Both the position numbers and the translations under genes were made by a program. Shown piece after piece: positions 42,407 to 43,567 of a DNA stretch of 43,567 nt. Origin of the DNA: an uncultured Anaerolineales bacterium (GTDB lineage Bacteria > Chloroflexota > Anaerolineae > UBA3071); assembly GCA_965369635.1 (NCBI GenBank), contig CBDURC010000001.1:1-43567 (forward strand). The letters are read 5' to 3'. Every line of letters starts with the position of its first letter. Positions within the stretch are counted from its first letter, which is position 1. The notes below the pieces were generated by a model, which searched no databases, was not told where the DNA came from, and saw only the letters and a program-made list of their open reading frames with translations.

Positions 42407-43246
42407 TGCCAGACTACGCAGCAGGCGCAGATTCTCTACGTCCTCCAGCATCTCGGGTCCCTTCGGCGTCTCCAGCAGGCCGGGCAGCCCGGCAAAGAGG
42501 GGATCGTTCAGCAACAACCGGAACGGCTCCAGCCCCAGCATCCCCTGGCCGATATGCTGGTGTCGGTCCACGCGGCCGCCCAAGCCCTTCTTGCTGTCGT
42601 TGAGGTGGAAACAGCGCAGAAGATGCAGGCCCAGGATGCGGTCGAACTCGGCCATCGTCTCCGCGTAGGCTTCGGGCGTGCGCAGGCCGTAGCCAGCGGC
42701 GAAGACATGGCAGGTGTCGAAGCAGACCGCCACGCGCTCCACTTCCTCCACTGTCCCCCGAATAGTGGCCAACTGTTCGAAACGGTAGCCCAGGTTTGTG
42801 CCCTGGCCAGCGGTCGTCTCCAGCAGCGAGATCACACCGAAGCCTGGCGTGGCAGCGTGGGCGCGGTTGAGCCCCTCGGCGACGCGGCGCAGTCCTGCCT
42901 CCTCCCCGCTGCCCAGGTGGGAGCCGGGATGCATGACCAGGTAGGGGATGCCCAGCGTCTCGCAGTGCTGCAGTTCGATGACGTATGCCTGCAGCGATTT
43001 CTGCCACATCGCTTCGTCGGGCGAACCGAGATTGATGAGGTAGGAGTCGTGGGCCACGATGGGCTCGATGCCCGTCTCCGCCTGCTTGAGCTTGAACCGC
43101 TCGATCTCCTCCGGCGCTAGCGGCCTGGACTTCCACTGTCTCTGGTTCCTGGTGAATATCTGGATGGCTTCGCAGCCGATGGAATGTCCCCGGTCCAGCG
43201 CCCTGCTTACGCCTCCAGCGATGGACATGTGTGCTCCTAGTCGCAT
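42398..43246 (-). CDS. nfo: Deoxyribonuclease IV (endonuclease IV)
   Basis: MRLGAHMSIAGG is the family N-terminus and HLNDSKKGLGGRVDRHQHIGQG is a metal-binding motif. I chose ATG 43246 with GAGGGAG 5 nt upstream. The track ORF to 43390 is an extension. Confidence 0.9.
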   Translation of the reverse strand: MRLGAHMSIAGGVSRALDRGHSIGCEAIQIFTRNQRQWKSRPLAPEEIERFKLKQAETGIEPIVAHDSYLINLGSPDEAMWQKSLQAYVIELQHCETLGIPYLVMHPGSHLGSGEEAGLRRVAEGLNRAHAATPGFGVISLLETTAGQGTNLGYRFEQLATIRGTVEEVERVAVCFDTCHVFAAGYGLRTPEAYAETMAEFDRILGLHLLRCFHLNDSKKGLGGRVDRHQHIGQGMLGLEPFRLLLNDPLFAGLPGLLETPKGPEMLEDVENLRLLRSLASR

Positions 43247-43380
43247 ACGTGCTCCCTCACGTCTCTGAAGGGCTTCCCCGGTTTTCCTGCCACGCTTCCA
43301 TGTCGGCGGCATGATGCCGATCGTGCTGCCAGTCCAATCGTCGTTCCTCTCTGTTGTCAATTTGCTCTGTTGCACCGGGC

Positions 43381-43409
43381 AGTATATCACAACCGCGGCC
43401 TTGCGCCAA
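43381..43409 (-). promoter_or_regulatory. Candidate extended -10 promoter for nfo
   Basis: The minus strand reads TTGGCG-17 nt-(gTGa)TATACT. This implies a leader of about 125 nt. Confidence 0.3.
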
Positions 43410-43441
43410 GGTGACCTGAGCGCGAAAGTGCAGTTCGCGAT

Positions 43442-43501
43442 TTGACAGATCCAGGTCAGTGCCTAATGTCCCTTGACAATTGAGTGGATCTGTGCCATAA
43501 T
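43442..43501 (+). promoter_or_regulatory. Two tandem sigma-70 promoters with an embedded 9-bp inverted repeat
   Basis: P1 is TTGACA (43442)-16 nt-TAATGT. P2 is TTGACA (43473)-17 nt-(gTGc)CATAAT. The inverted repeat is ACAGATCCA (43445-53) / TGGATCTGT (43485-93). Confidence 0.55.
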
Positions 43502-43533
43502 TGTGAACCGACAGCAAGCAAAGGAGGTTCACA

Positions 43534-43567
43534 ATGGGCGGCAAGAAACGAATTGATACCAGCATGT
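43534..43567 (+). CDS. 5' end of an unidentified gene (MGGKKRIDTSM...), truncated by the window edge
   Basis: AAAGGAGG lies 6 nt upstream of ATG 43534, directly downstream of strong promoters. Only 11 codons are visible. Confidence 0.4.
   Translation, partial: MGGKKRIDTSM

Noticed and set aside
1-43567. Search for mobile elements, prophage, defence islands, tRNA/rRNA genes
   Set aside because: No transposase, integrase, recombinase, phage structural, restriction-modification or toxin-antitoxin-like ORFs were recognised. No tRNA-like cloverleaf sequences were seen in the intergenic regions. Composition looks uniform by eye.

Overview
This is a 43.6-kb, high-GC bacterial chromosomal segment (about 60-65 % GC by eye, not computed). 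It is densely coding on both strands. I found no rRNA, tRNA, CRISPR array, transposase or integrase.

Gene content is housekeeping plus cell-envelope functions:
- (i) An ECF sigma / anti-sigma pair, a CDP-alcohol phosphatidyltransferase and a secreted FG-GAP protein.
- (ii) A UDP-glucuronate decarboxylase followed by a 1059-aa glycoside-hydrolase-like / O-antigen-ligase fusion.
- (iii) L25/Ctc.
- (iv) A minus-strand string: tilS, rlmI, a secreted hypothetical, hpt and a LysM-M23 peptidase.
- (v) A complete rod-shape operon, mreB-mreC-mreD-mrdA(PBP2)-rodA, followed by an M50 site-2 protease.
- (vi) lon and folC.
- (vii) An envelope-glycan region: a GT-C-like polytopic membrane protein with a C-terminal ILEI-like domain, a WbpB/WbpD/WbpE-like oxidoreductase / acetyltransferase / aminotransferase trio, a GtrB/ArnC-like GT2 and a 3xLysM protein.
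- (viii) A Memo-like protein, a small TM+TPR protein and endonuclease IV.

The most unusual observations:
- A 14-blade Reg_prop/Y_Y_Y receptor sits inside the glycan region, and its cytoplasmic output is a STAND/AAA-type P-loop NTPase instead of a kinase.
- Perfectly phased 8-nt tandem arrays (YACCAATC) bracket the TM+TPR gene.
- Two families of long palindromic intergenic repeats are present. One has copies at 14.1 kb and 32.3 kb. The other is a 132-nt hairpin.
- A recurrent GTGnTATAAT extended -10 motif marks about eight intergenic promoters.
- 9-nt tandem repeats lie at two gene junctions.
- A tail-anchored protein is built from eight 15-residue repeats.

The taxonomic guess is Chloroflexota-like. 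This is inference only, from the Pro/Thr linkers, the repeat families and the gene content. All functional calls come from motif recognition by eye; no database search was run.
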